DNA from: Ascidiella aspersa
Taxonomy: Eukaryota
DNA length: 64,000 nt
Assembly: GCA_963924565.1 (NCBI GenBank)
Contig: OZ004612.1
Span: 13,082,001 to 13,146,000 of the forward strand
Reading direction: 5' to 3'
Notes under the pieces: model-generated
What the model was told of the DNA's origin: nothing
Seen by the model: the letters and a program-made list of their open reading frames with translations, nothing else
Databases searched by the model: none
Position numbers and translations under genes: made by a program
In this document: positions 52,901-64,000 of the stretch, one piece after another
Layout: each line of letters begins with the position of its first letter
Numbering within the stretch: the stretch's first letter is position 1

Positions 52901-55900
52901 CTTTGATCACCTTGAACTACTTAAAATCACCTTAGCTACAATCCGCCTTAACGTTTAGCGATTCGGCAAACACTTTCCATAAGGAAGTTGAAAGGTTTCT
53001 CCATCAATTTACTTCCATCATTAGTAAACTCGCGTAATTCCTCATGTCAGCTAAAACATATTGGAATGAAGATTCTGTTGGTTATGACGTATGCGCTGTA
53101 ATAAAACAAAATCTAATTTGGCACTGAACCAATGGAAACGATTTTAATTTGAGGCTTTACGAGAAAGTCATTTAAGCAGAATTGATTAAAACACCCAAAC
53201 GTCCTTCACTTTTAGTTGAGGAAAATGTCACTGATGACGTAAGACAATAATGATTTAGGCCTACAACGATTTATGCGAAGGGATATTGTTCCCATTATAG
53301 CAAGTTACATACGGCGCTTTTAGCTTAAAAAGGCGGTTAATAGATTTTCGCACAGACCAATAATCAAAATCAGTGGTATGCAGTCGAGAAAATTCGAGTT
53401 TACATCAAACTATAACGTCCTTAGTATTTTGCTGGTAGTTGGGAGCCAAGGGTAGGATTTGCCCCGTATGTGGTAAAACGGTTTAACAAACTGTATACTG
53501 CTTTTGTTTCACGATCGTCCGATTTGCATTCACCACAATCGGATTAAGCCTTTTTCGGCATGTAACGACAATGCACAGGAAAGAATCGGATTAAGGAACC
53601 GGTGACGTGGAAATATACATTTAAACACGCGCGCATTGCAAAATATTTTGAGTTGAGATCGCCTCAATTTAGGTTCCTTTGATAACAACAAACTGGATTT
53701 CAAGCACTACAAGTCCACGATGCCTCGATTGTTATTAGGAATTTACTAAGTTGGATAAACCCCAAGACAATAATATAAATCGCTTTAATAAACGTGTAAA
53801 CCAGTGTACTTGCCCTCCAAACCTTACCTCGACTTGTTTTTTGGCTATATAAACGTAGAAAGAGTCGATTTTGGGGCAAAAACACAGAATATTTTTTGAA
53901 CAGGTACATGCATTGCTGCTGGGCGGAAACGAACAACACAAACGCCAACACTGAGTGGGCGATGACCACTAAAGTATTACTGGGAAACAGGAGCGACACC
54001 GGAACGGTCAACAGCGCCCCTATTGTCCATTCGCCTCTTACTATTCGGTGAGTGTATTTAGTTGGCGATTAGAATAGGTCCATCGAGAGAGAGAAGAGGT
54101 GTGTTGGAACTTCATAAATTTACTATTTGTGGTCGAAATATTTAAAAATATGCGGCTTCTGATTTTATTTGTGATAAAATTTGTTGTAACCGACTTTTAT
54201 TAGAAGTATACAATAAATCAAGATTGGCATAAAAACGATGACTGACAGAAAATGTTTTTCTGGAGTTAGTGTGTATTTTTTACTATAAACGCAATTCTTA
54301 ATACTTACCGAGCTTCAAAGGTAGGTTTGTCAATATATATTGCCTAAATCACTCAAACAAGTATATTGCCTGAATTACTCATTTGAAAAAAATAGGATGT
54401 TCCTATTGTTTTGCAAATGCTCGATGTGTCCCCCCTCTATTTTTCATACAATTGTTATCATTAAAAAAACTCAGTGGTAAATACAATACCTGACAAAATT
54501 GATATAGACGAAAGAGTGAGTTTTCAATTTTTAGTTTATAAAGTGCTATAGAATTACTTCGCGGAAATCTAAATGGACTATTTGTATAATGGCAACCGAA
54601 AGGAGTGGTGTTTTGTTAGAGAAACAGATGGGAGAGGTAGACCAGCGCCTCGAAATTCCCGTAACTTTAATCATTACCTATATATGAACAAAACCACAAA
54701 CTGCTGATAACTCAAAGTGGCGTTCGATATGAGCACCTGTTTCGCGACGTTGTTAAAAATCACATCCTATACGACTTGCCAAAGCCGGTGGTTATGGCCC
54801 TCCAAATGAGTGGTCGGAAGGCTTAAGAAGCCGCCAAGTTACGTCATTTAATCGAGCCTCAATTGACGATCCCGCGATAAGGCGGTTACAAAGAGTGAAA
54901 TATGTCCCGAGGCATTGTCGATAAAGCAGGGCATGTATGGTGCTGCAATGTTGTAAGGGGAGTTGCAGAAACTTGAACCACGTACCCTGTATAGTTATAA
55001 AACCGCACAAACTTTACATATACTTTAACATATACGGCTTGACAGTCGCCCGATTAATCCAGCAAGTCGGCAAACGTTGTTTAGCCAAAAGCGGTGGTTT
55101 TTGGCGTTGCGGTCATTGCTGGCGATTAACGAGGCGTATTGCGGCAATCGCTTTAGAGGATGGTAATTAGTAAAGTCCAAAAAATGTCAAGGGCGTGGCT
55201 AGCTTTAATTCGAAAATCCCCTTATTTGGCATTGAACAGATTGGGCAAGCGATAACACTACAAAATTAAATTGGTTTAATTTGGTTATGCCGGAAAAGTT
55301 ACAAGTTCATGCCTAAACTTTTGTTTGCTAACTTTAATGTGAATTTTCGTCCAAATATTTGACTGTTTGGTTACTTTGCTTATAGAGCTTTGATTTAAAT
55401 TTGTTTTCTGACTATGCAAATTTATCTCTGAAATTGTAAAAGTTTTTACCTAATTTTTGCCAAGTTTAACGTTTTAAAAGAGAATTTATAGACTGGCGAT
55501 TTTATTAGTTCAAAAGGCGAAAATAAGGGCGGAGCCTACAGCAGTGATTCTTAACCGGGGTTCCGCGGCACACCAGGGTGCCATTTTAACGCTCGAGGGT
55601 GCCTAGAGATATTTCAAATTATTTAGGATGCCAATTTTTGCTCTATTGGTAAGCTTCTTGGTACAATTTTTTGTGTACAATAAGAGTGCCAAAATTAAAA
55701 AAAAAATTTAAACCTTGTTGCATAGTTAATGTGCTGTTTCAATCCTGTTTATTGTACCGTTACAAATCAGCAAAAATACAACTATTTATAGTTTATCTAG
55801 GGTGCCGCAAGCCAAAAAAGGTTGGGAACCACTGGTATAGTCGATTTCACGAATATTTCAGGTATAAAAATGCTATATTTCCTCGCAGAATCGACAGTGG

Positions 55901-58900
55901 CGTTCCGTCCACAATCCAACTGAATATTAACGATCCTGATGGCGACAACGTCACTTGTCGACTTGGAAGGGAATTCGCCGAATGTGGACACGCCTGCGAT
56001 TTGCCGAAAGACTTTCAGCTCGACCACGTGAGCAAACGCGTTGGTTTTTTCTTGATGAGCGTTAAGCTTAATTTGTTTGCGTGAGACACTCCTTGTATTA
56101 AACGAGATGTAAATTCAATCAATCCGTTTACCCTTCGATTTTGATCAGTTCTGTGTAATTGGATAAAGGTGGTGCCATGGTAAACAACAGGCCTATTTGT
56201 TATTCCTGGGATAAATAATACTGTCTTGCCCTATATCCCAATAATTATTAAAATTAATAAAATACCAGTTTCTTTTTATTTTTAAAAAGGACGGACGTGC
56301 ATTTTTCATGACATAAGTTAAAACACCTTTTTAACGCACAATATTATTTTAAACTTTTTTACCATGCAAATTTAAAAAAAGGAAAACCTGACATAAATTG
56401 TTCGTTGAAAAACGAGAAGTCATAAACGCGTGCTTATCGATAGGTCAATTGCCGCCTGACTTATACGCCCAGCGAGAATGTGACAGGCAATGCAGCCGTT
56501 TCCCTGTTGGTGGAGGATTACCACCAAGACGGCTCGATCTCTGTGGGACTTTCTCGAGTGCCTCGCATTTCGCCGCTCAGCTCCACGCCCTTTCAGTTCA
56601 TCGTGCAGAGTAAGTTGGGGGACCTGAGTTACAACGACTGCGGTCGTATTGGACACGACTTGCGTTCTTGTTCTTTTCTGCGTTTTGGGCATCGCTGACG
56701 CGTCGTTGGCATGAAAGATACGTTATCGCGGGTTTTATCGTTTCGTATTAATCTAACAGAAACTTTACACTTTGTATCTAAATTTGACTCGAAAACTTAA
56801 ATTTGTCCATACATATTTTCACTCGCCATGACAGTTAATTACTATTAACAATTCCAATCTACTATGTGTTGTTGCTGAAGTAGGCCTACCATCGCTTGTA
56901 AGCTACCGCAGGCAAAACTGAGTAAATCTTTACAGAGAGCATGGGCTCTTAAAATATTTTTACCGCGGGGCTCTACAATTTTTACAATTTTTTTTCTTCG
57001 CGTGGACCACGGAAAGGCCAGAAATTGTCAACAATGACGTCACAATCAAATAGGCTTCAGAAATATGCTGATTTTTTTTTATAAATTTACGTCACAATAC
57101 AAATACACATTCAGTGCTAAAATGTTTTCTTTTTAATTAAACTCCTTTCTTTGAAAAATGAATTTTAAAAAATACACTCATATTTCAATTTGGCCTTCAT
57201 GGCCCCAATAAAATTAGTTCACAGACCCCAAGAGGCCCATGGACCCGGTTTAAGAAACCTTTGCTATAAAGTCTTTACTCCGGAACTCTAACAAAAGGTT
57301 AAGGCTACTTGTTGATTGACTGTAGGTAAGAACTTGTCAGTGTTTTGTAAACTATTATCACGTTAATTTTATTCTACCAGTCGGCGATCCAGCACCTAAG
57401 GCAAAGGATTGCAGCCAGGGCTTGCCAGATCTGAAGCTGGGCGCTAACAAAAACCACGTTACCGTTGTAAAGGTGGGCCGACGATTCACGATGGACGTCA
57501 GCGCATCGCCGTGCGACTCCAGAACCAGGTGAGTGTTTTCAGTGTTCAGGTGCCATTGATTTTTTGTTTTAGTTTCAGTTTGCGGAAGATTAATTTATAT
57601 TCGACAAGCTCTGTGTTTTGTGACAATATGCCTACTTCAGCAATTTGTTGTTTGACATCATTTTTTTTTAAGTTTATATATAGGTCTTAGGTATAGGGAA
57701 CTTTTTATCCTATACCAGCTCACTCCTGCATCAGCGCTATTTTTTATTTCCTTTTATTTGTAGTTTATTTGTGTTTACTGTTGTTGAACAGAAATGATAT
57801 TGCCTTTATTGGCGTAGGCTAACTGCATTAATCGGAATTTTAATAAAATGTTTGAGTGTTTTTTAACCTTTGTGATTCGTTTTGGATCCATTTAAAAGTA
57901 CTTTTCTTAGACCATTTTGATGACACTTAACCTAAATTTACAAAGCAATAAGGAATTGTAGTTCTTTAGTATAAAAACTCGAATTGTATTTTGCGAAAGA
58001 AGTACTTGTATTTTTTAAAATGCCAAAATATACTCTTCAGGTTAAAAAATGTGAAACAGGTACAGAAAGTGTTTTGAAACGTCAAAAGGTTCGAAAATTG
58101 TCTTGATTCTGTAGAATTTCCGGCTTTTCGATCAACGGCCCGAACGGCACAGCCCTCGGAGATTTCGTAACTGTGGGCGGCGGCGCAATGCGCACCCAGC
58201 TGTCGTGGTTACCGCGCGAAGGTCAAGAGGGTCGCTTTAACGTCTGCGTGTCGGCCCAGGCTGTTACAAAGTAAGTACGAAACCTTTGTTGAACTTGCTC
58301 ACCTAAACCTATAGTTAGATATTCGATTGACTCTGTCGACCTTATGGCCCCTGCCTTTTGGGCGTCGTGGAAATTTCGCAGGGGAAGGTGTAGTGTATAT
58401 TTGACAGCTTTGTGACGTCACAAAATCATGAATAGAAATCCAAGTTTGAAAAATAACAAGAACGTTAGTTGGCTTTAAATATTACTATCAATCGGTTTAA
58501 CTTTGTGGTAAAACCGTATCCTCGAACAATGACGCTATCTGTATGCTGAATAGCGTAATACAATTAAGAAGAGTCACGGTATCAACTTAACCGAAAACCG
58601 GAGTGACGAAATACTACGGTTGTGAATTAATTTGATGACGTTAATACAGTAATGTTGTAAAACAAAACGTGACTTAGTACGACTGCAAACTTAACGTTCG
58701 CAATACAGCCTTGTTTGCAGACTATGACCAAAAAAGTATTTACCTATTTCATGTGACATCTACTTTTGATGGTGTATTCTTTGTATTTAAAGCATTAAAC
58801 ATAAAGTAACAAAAATACATGTTGAAAATCACGCGCTTTGCTGTTCCTATAAGCTTAGCTCCAGGGGTTATGTACCGGTAAAAGCAGGATGGATAAGATC

Positions 58901-61900
58901 ATTCACGCCAATGTGTTTTTCTGTACGTACGGTAATAGAAGTGCCAGTAAAGTTTGCTTGGCAGACAAATGGAATACATATAAATGACGAACGGGTGCCG
59001 ACGTGAAAATTGCTCACTTGTGTTGGTTTGGAGATAACGGGCTTTGAGCCAATCCCTGATTTTGTTCTGCTGATGTTTTTCAGATTGTCAAGAACCTATA
59101 GAATATCGGACGAAGTGTGCGTCACCGTTCTTGTCGAACCTGGTAAGCGTCTTTATTGGTATATCGCATTTAACAAACTCTTCACTGTGAAATCAAGTTT
59201 ACAAAATTTTAACAAGCCTAAGGCATGACAGGATTTTAATCCAGTAGGTTTTCAACGAGTAACCTGCTTAGATGCAGTCCTATACAATCCGCTAGACTTC
59301 GAACAGATGTTGGCCACTTACAACACTTACAAATGACATAAGCTATTGCTGCCAGGCAAACTATATAATGGAGTGTAGCTCTTCCAGCAGTATATATAAT
59401 ATAATCGACGTTTCGACGTGCTATACAGAACGTCTTCAGTTCTGTAAAACAAGATTCCTTATAAATCGACAAGTAACAATTTGTGCGATTGCAAACTCGT
59501 TTGGTGCAATAGCGCGCGATAGCTTATCGGCATTAGACACGTCAGGTTTTACGTTCATGGTGCTGGCGCGTAAATGGATGTTCCACGACTGAAGAAAACC
59601 TCGCTTGTGGTAATCGGTTTCCTTCGTCAACACCTGAGCAGCAGAAAAGTTAATGCTGTGCTTGTGGGTAGTTGCATGGCTTGCCAACGCTGATTTCTTG
59701 GCATCCTACTTACCCACATCCCTTTCGTGCTCCTTCCGGCGCGTATTTAAACATCTAGCCGTCTCCCATTTAAACATCTACCCGTCTCCATGTAAATTTC
59801 GTCACATTCATCGCACGGTATAGCATACACCACACCCCTTGTCGCAGTGACCCGGTTGATGCAACTGCGACAAGGGGTGTGGCGATTGGGTTTTCTCATA
59901 TCCTCACAATGCTCAAAAAGTGGTTAAAATACGGCGAGCCATTACTAAAAATGCCTGCCTTGCAAACCCCTGCAGCGCGCCCGAAATTGGTACAGGGACA
60001 TGCTGGGTTTCGCTTTGATTGACGTGCGACAACATTTCCCGTCGATTTAATCACGCGCTGAACTTGCTTGCAGCGGTGGCCTACTGCCGGGGATCGGGCG
60101 GGATGCACTTCATCACTTTCGACGGGCTGCGCTACACCTTCAACGGCGGCTGCCGCTACCAGCTCGCCCTTACCACGTTCGACCCTCTGTCCAGCGTTGG
60201 CCAGCAACTGCAGTCATTTAACATCACCGTAAGTTGTCGGACGCCTATTTGTATATACTTACATAATTACGTATACGTGTCAAAAACAGCGTCGAAATTC
60301 AAATCGTTAAGTTGTTTGCACAAAGGCGCAAATTTTTATGGTTTATTACTTTATTACAAAGTTTGTCGCAAGGTAATGCTGCTATTCACACCACTTATTA
60401 TTTTCAATTGATGAAGCTAAACTTCGTATAACAAGTTAAAGCGTTTGCTTTGGATACGACACTTCTTGTTTTTGATTATTTGTATTGTTTTTGATTAATA
60501 CCGATTATTTAGTTAATATTGGTGCGATGCATTGAATTACTATTGTGAATTACGTGAAGCGATCTGACAATTACTTCGTCTAAGTTGCGTCATGTGGTGA
60601 CGATGCTTACATTACGATGTACGGCAATGTCCAAGTGGATATGCGCATAAGACCAATGTATAATGCGAAATTGTCACCGTTTCTCATACTATACCTTTCT
60701 ATGACGTTCTAGTTGCGTAGTTTCAACGAAATATGGTCGTAAAGTTTAAATCATGGGAAGCCGTTTGTAATTTGCGCTAACGAAGTTCTACTGGGTTTTT
60801 ATATTTTGTTCGAAGTTTGTACTGTGAACCCCGACCGTAATATATTTTGCGGTACATCTTCCATAATGACGTAAGGTGCGGTTTAACGTATAGCCCCGAT
60901 TTCACTGTTGTTGCTTACAAAGGCTAATACACTTGTGTATTGTCTTAGCAATTTTGGGATTATTTCCTACCAAGTGTCAACGCACGAACCAGTGCTGTAT
61001 TGGCATACCGTAGGAATTGCAGGTCTCCTTTAAATATTCCCAAGCAGCCTCCTTAGGTTATGCGCCCCTCGGCTATGCGTTGTTTAGCAACAATAGCCGA
61101 GAAATGCGCGTAATCGTTTTGTAACAGTAGATGCCCTGTTATAACGTCTCCATGGAGTTTAAGATAAAGCCGCAAGACAGCGATTTGCCTTTGTGGTGCC
61201 TAAACGTCATGCAATCTGAGAATTAGCCACAGCGCTCCTAATATATAGGATTACTGGAGGAATAGCGTATTCGTGTCACGAATTCTTTATCGGCTCGTTA
61301 GGAGAATGATGCGAAATGAAGCCCAAGGAATGCCAAAAGTTACAGGATACTGCGTGTTCCTGCTAGTCGTCCCGGTTAAGGTTATCAACTTTTTGCAATA
61401 ACCTAACCCTATAATGCGTAAGTTTTAGAATCTGGTGGAATCCAGTTGATTTTACTGACCATTTGTCGATGACCTTAATACTAACGTAAATTATAGCAGT
61501 ATTAGCGATTGAATATTTCGTTTTTGAATGCGAAATTTTTTTGCATATCTAAGCTTCGTATTGTTAAATAGTATTTGTATCAAATATTTAGAAAAGAAAA
61601 GTGAAAAAATTCCTGTGGCGCAACAGTAACTATATAGATGACCCAAAATAACTATACTATGTATAAACTACAGCGGCTGGCGATTCTAGATAAACCAAAA
61701 ACTAGTCTAACTCTATGGTCGACTTTTTAGACTTTAAAAGCTCCAAATTAGATAATTTAAATTTAATTTTAAAAAATACTTATTTACCTTTTATTCTCGT
61801 CATCAGGTTCTCAACGACTTCAGTTTGGGTTCGGACGGGCGCCCTCATGTGCGCAGCATTCGCATCACCATAGCAACAAAGACGATCGAGCTAAGAAGGA

Positions 61901-63579
61901 ACAAACGTATCATGGTGAGCTACACGTTGGTCGTTCTATTACAACAGGGGCTTCGTTTTTTAGCGCTGCCCGTCGTTTTTCGGATATGCAGGCCACATTT
62001 GGTTGTTTTTGTTTTTGCCGAAAATCCATACAGCACAAGGCGTCTTCTATAGAATTGTTCCAAGCTCAACAATAATTCATTATTCGATGGGTGGAAAGTG
62101 GTTGCACGTTTTTCCATTGCCACATCCCCTAAACAGCAGTGCACAGTCGGGTCAGAATACCGAATGCAAAGTCTTAATTTTAAGGCAACATTTATTCAGT
62201 ACAAACTACACATTGTCTGCATTACGCTCGAAAAGCACTATAATAGCTTATTCTACTTGAACGTGTCATTACAACAAAGCTAAACACCATTTTCGCAAAC
62301 TAATTTATATAGACACAAGTAAGACTTAAATCTGTACCTGATGGCAGATTTTAAGCAAGTCCGCAATTTACGCTTTCCGAATATGCTTTATAGACCTTCT
62401 ATATTACAATAATAATAATCGTTGGTTGTGCAATATTTCGTGCAATAAAGACACACGCTAATGAACTTGTCATGCAAAATTTAAATTTCCAATAGCTGAC
62501 TAAATATGTCGGTCGTGTCAATAGGTTAATTTAATGAGTTTCGTTACGTTTCAAGCGATTCGTAAGGTTTAGTGAGCATTCATCATTTAACTCGTTTGGC
62601 GAGGTTGTCCATTTAATTGCGAAAGCTTTGTACCAAACCACTAATTAGGTCAAATACGGGGAAGTTTGCTTCCCAGTGTGTTTGCCACCAAATAAGTGCT
62701 CGTGTCTCTCTACACACCATTTACTGAAAAACCTTATCTGTCCAATTATGGAATTTTGATGCCTCGACTGCTTTCCACGCCAAACCGTAACGTAAATTGA
62801 AACGCGGTTATGTGTTAGGCAATAAAATGCAAATGAGAACTATAATGACATCATCAACAGTCCGACACATGTATTGTCCTAGCCCTGAAATGCACGAGAA
62901 TCATTAAAGGATTAGGAAAAACGGGGAATTATTACCTGCGCGATGCAGTCGAAATGATGAATTATTCCAAGCAGAAACGAACCGAATAACTTTAGAAACA
63001 CATTATAAACTTAATTTCCATCCTTCCCGTTTGCTTTTAGTATACATTGCTAAAACACGATGTATTGAAGAGACGAAATACTTCCGTATAGCTAGAATAT
63101 TTTATTAAATCAAGTGATTTTTCGTTTTCAAATCGTTCAGGTCAATCTAAAAAGGCTACGTTGTTCAATATTTTTGTAGACTAAAATTATTTTCTTTATT
63201 CCTTTGCCTATAGAGTTTGACATTATTATTACCAGCTGATTTAAAAGCAAACCTTAGAATAACAAATAAAAGGCTTTGAAACTAAAAAAATGGTATACAC
63301 TACCGAGATTATTTGCTAATGCATACCTTATTATGTGTGCCATAATCCCATTGTAAAAGTTTATAGAGATATATTCCCTGAAAAAGAATTATTCACATTT
63401 TTCTGCACCACAGGTCGATGGTACGAGGGTCCACGCTCCTGTAAGATTCCGCGGCTTTAACGTCGACCTTAGCGGCAAGTATGTTCTGCTCACGGCCGAC
63501 TCCGGACTGAGCGTTCGCTACGATGGCATGTCCGGCTTCATGATCGGCCTGCCTACCCAGTATACGGATCACGTGAAAG
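46927..63579 (+). CDS. Gene B: secreted protein with Sib/integrin-beta-like 'HYRGG' N-terminal domain, beta-rich domain and VWD domain; 3'-incomplete
   Basis: 12 GT-AG exons in one open frame: 46927-47091, 50317-50458, 52386-52482, 53904-54047, 55889-56027, 56444-56609, 57381-57528, 58115-58270, 59084-59142, 60074-60228, 61807-61914, 63414-63579. Signal peptide MVVDLRGFLNKALVPAAVLFVVGVFADAAAVDA is followed by THYRGGTISWK. Confidence 0.9.
50576..50873. mobile_element. hAT MITE
   Basis: TIRs CAGTGGTTCTCAA / TTGAGAACCGCTG; TSD cgttaaga / cgttagaa. Confidence 0.8.
51219..53610. promoter_or_regulatory. Cluster of ACGT-core bZIP (CRE/ATF-like) motifs; putative intronic enhancer of gene B
   Basis: At least 11 TGACGT/ACGTCA sites plus one TTACGTAA in 2.4 kb. 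Confidence 0.4.
55542..55834. mobile_element. hAT MITE
   Basis: TIRs CAGTGATTCTTAACC / GGTTGGGAACCACTG; TSD not preserved. Confidence 0.7.
59400..59882 (-). mobile_element. Penelope-like retroelement remnant (GIY-YIG endonuclease end), antisense in gene B intron 9
   Basis: Minus-strand translation RGVVYAIPCDECDEIY.ET(G/A)RCLNTRRKEH..*..KSALASHATTHKHSINFSAAQVLTKETDYHKRGFLQSWNI. It is disrupted by a stop and a ~23-bp internal duplication. Confidence 0.85.
60074..63579 (+). CDS. Gene B exons 10-12: VWD domain
   Basis: CRGSGGMHFITFDGLRYTFNGGCRYQL..VLLTADSGLSVRYDG..LPTQYTDHVKG. The expected GLCG exon is not found within the window. Confidence 0.88.
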
Positions 63580-63610
63580 GTGAAGTCAGGCGTTTTGTTG
63601 TTGTTTACTC

Positions 63611-63611
<1 letters not shown>

Positions 63612-63659
<48 letters not shown>
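63612..63659. repeat. Poly-A plus (AT)n microsatellite
   Basis: Seen directly. Confidence 0.95.
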
Positions 63660-63660
<1 letters not shown>

Positions 63661-64000
63661 CTTATATATAACTTTATCTTTTGTTTGGTTCAATTCGAAT
63701 CTTCTGTATGAGTGAAAATGTTTTTATGTTCGATCAGTTAATCCTAAATACTTTGAACAGCGATTTGCCTTTTGCCGGGTAAAATTATGGCCTTTACTGC
63801 CCGATGCACTTAAATTGCACATTGCCAAAAAACTGCTTGTTTTGAATTAACGTGAGTAAATATTAAAACCATTCGGAAATATTTTGAACGTCTCGAATAA
63901 TTAATTCTTTGTTTATTTTTAACATAATGTTCATAATATTCTAACTATACCCTCCAGGCACTTATGTCCAAATGCTTGCATAGAGATAAAATTACAAGTT

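Noticed and set aside
63958-64000. Candidate exon 13 of gene B after cctccag
   Set aside because: Reads GTYVQMLA* rather than the expected GLCGN motif; the real exon probably lies beyond the window.

Overview
Eukaryotic, AT-rich, intron-rich invertebrate DNA with little visible CpG depletion; an ascidian/tunicate-like genome is my inference from composition and gene style. Most ORF-track entries are exon fragments or noise. Manual splicing gives two large secreted-protein genes transcribed head-to-head, both running off the window. Gene A (minus strand, ATG 21440, 24 exons, ~1160 codons seen) encodes signal peptide, a shortened VWA7-like N-terminus, a hemicentin/VWA7-type VWA domain, beta-rich domains, Sushi, VWD (GDPH), C8, TIL and TILa. 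Its exon 3 has a CG splice acceptor and an in-frame TAA. Gene B (plus strand, ATG 46927, 12 exons, ~548 codons seen) encodes signal peptide, an 'HYRGG..CCW..NSAP..DPDGD' domain resembling Dictyostelium Sib proteins and bacterial surface proteins, a beta-rich domain, and a VWD with GGMH in place of GDPH. The two VWD domains share intron phases. The ~25 kb spacer and the introns hold many hAT (Buster-type) MITEs, a duplicated Helitron-like repeat, an 828-bp tandem duplication, a Penelope-like GIY-YIG remnant with a terminal hairpin and a hammerhead-like motif, and GC-rich patches carrying NF-kB, AP-1 and CRE-like motifs. Family assignments are from motif recognition only; no searches were run.
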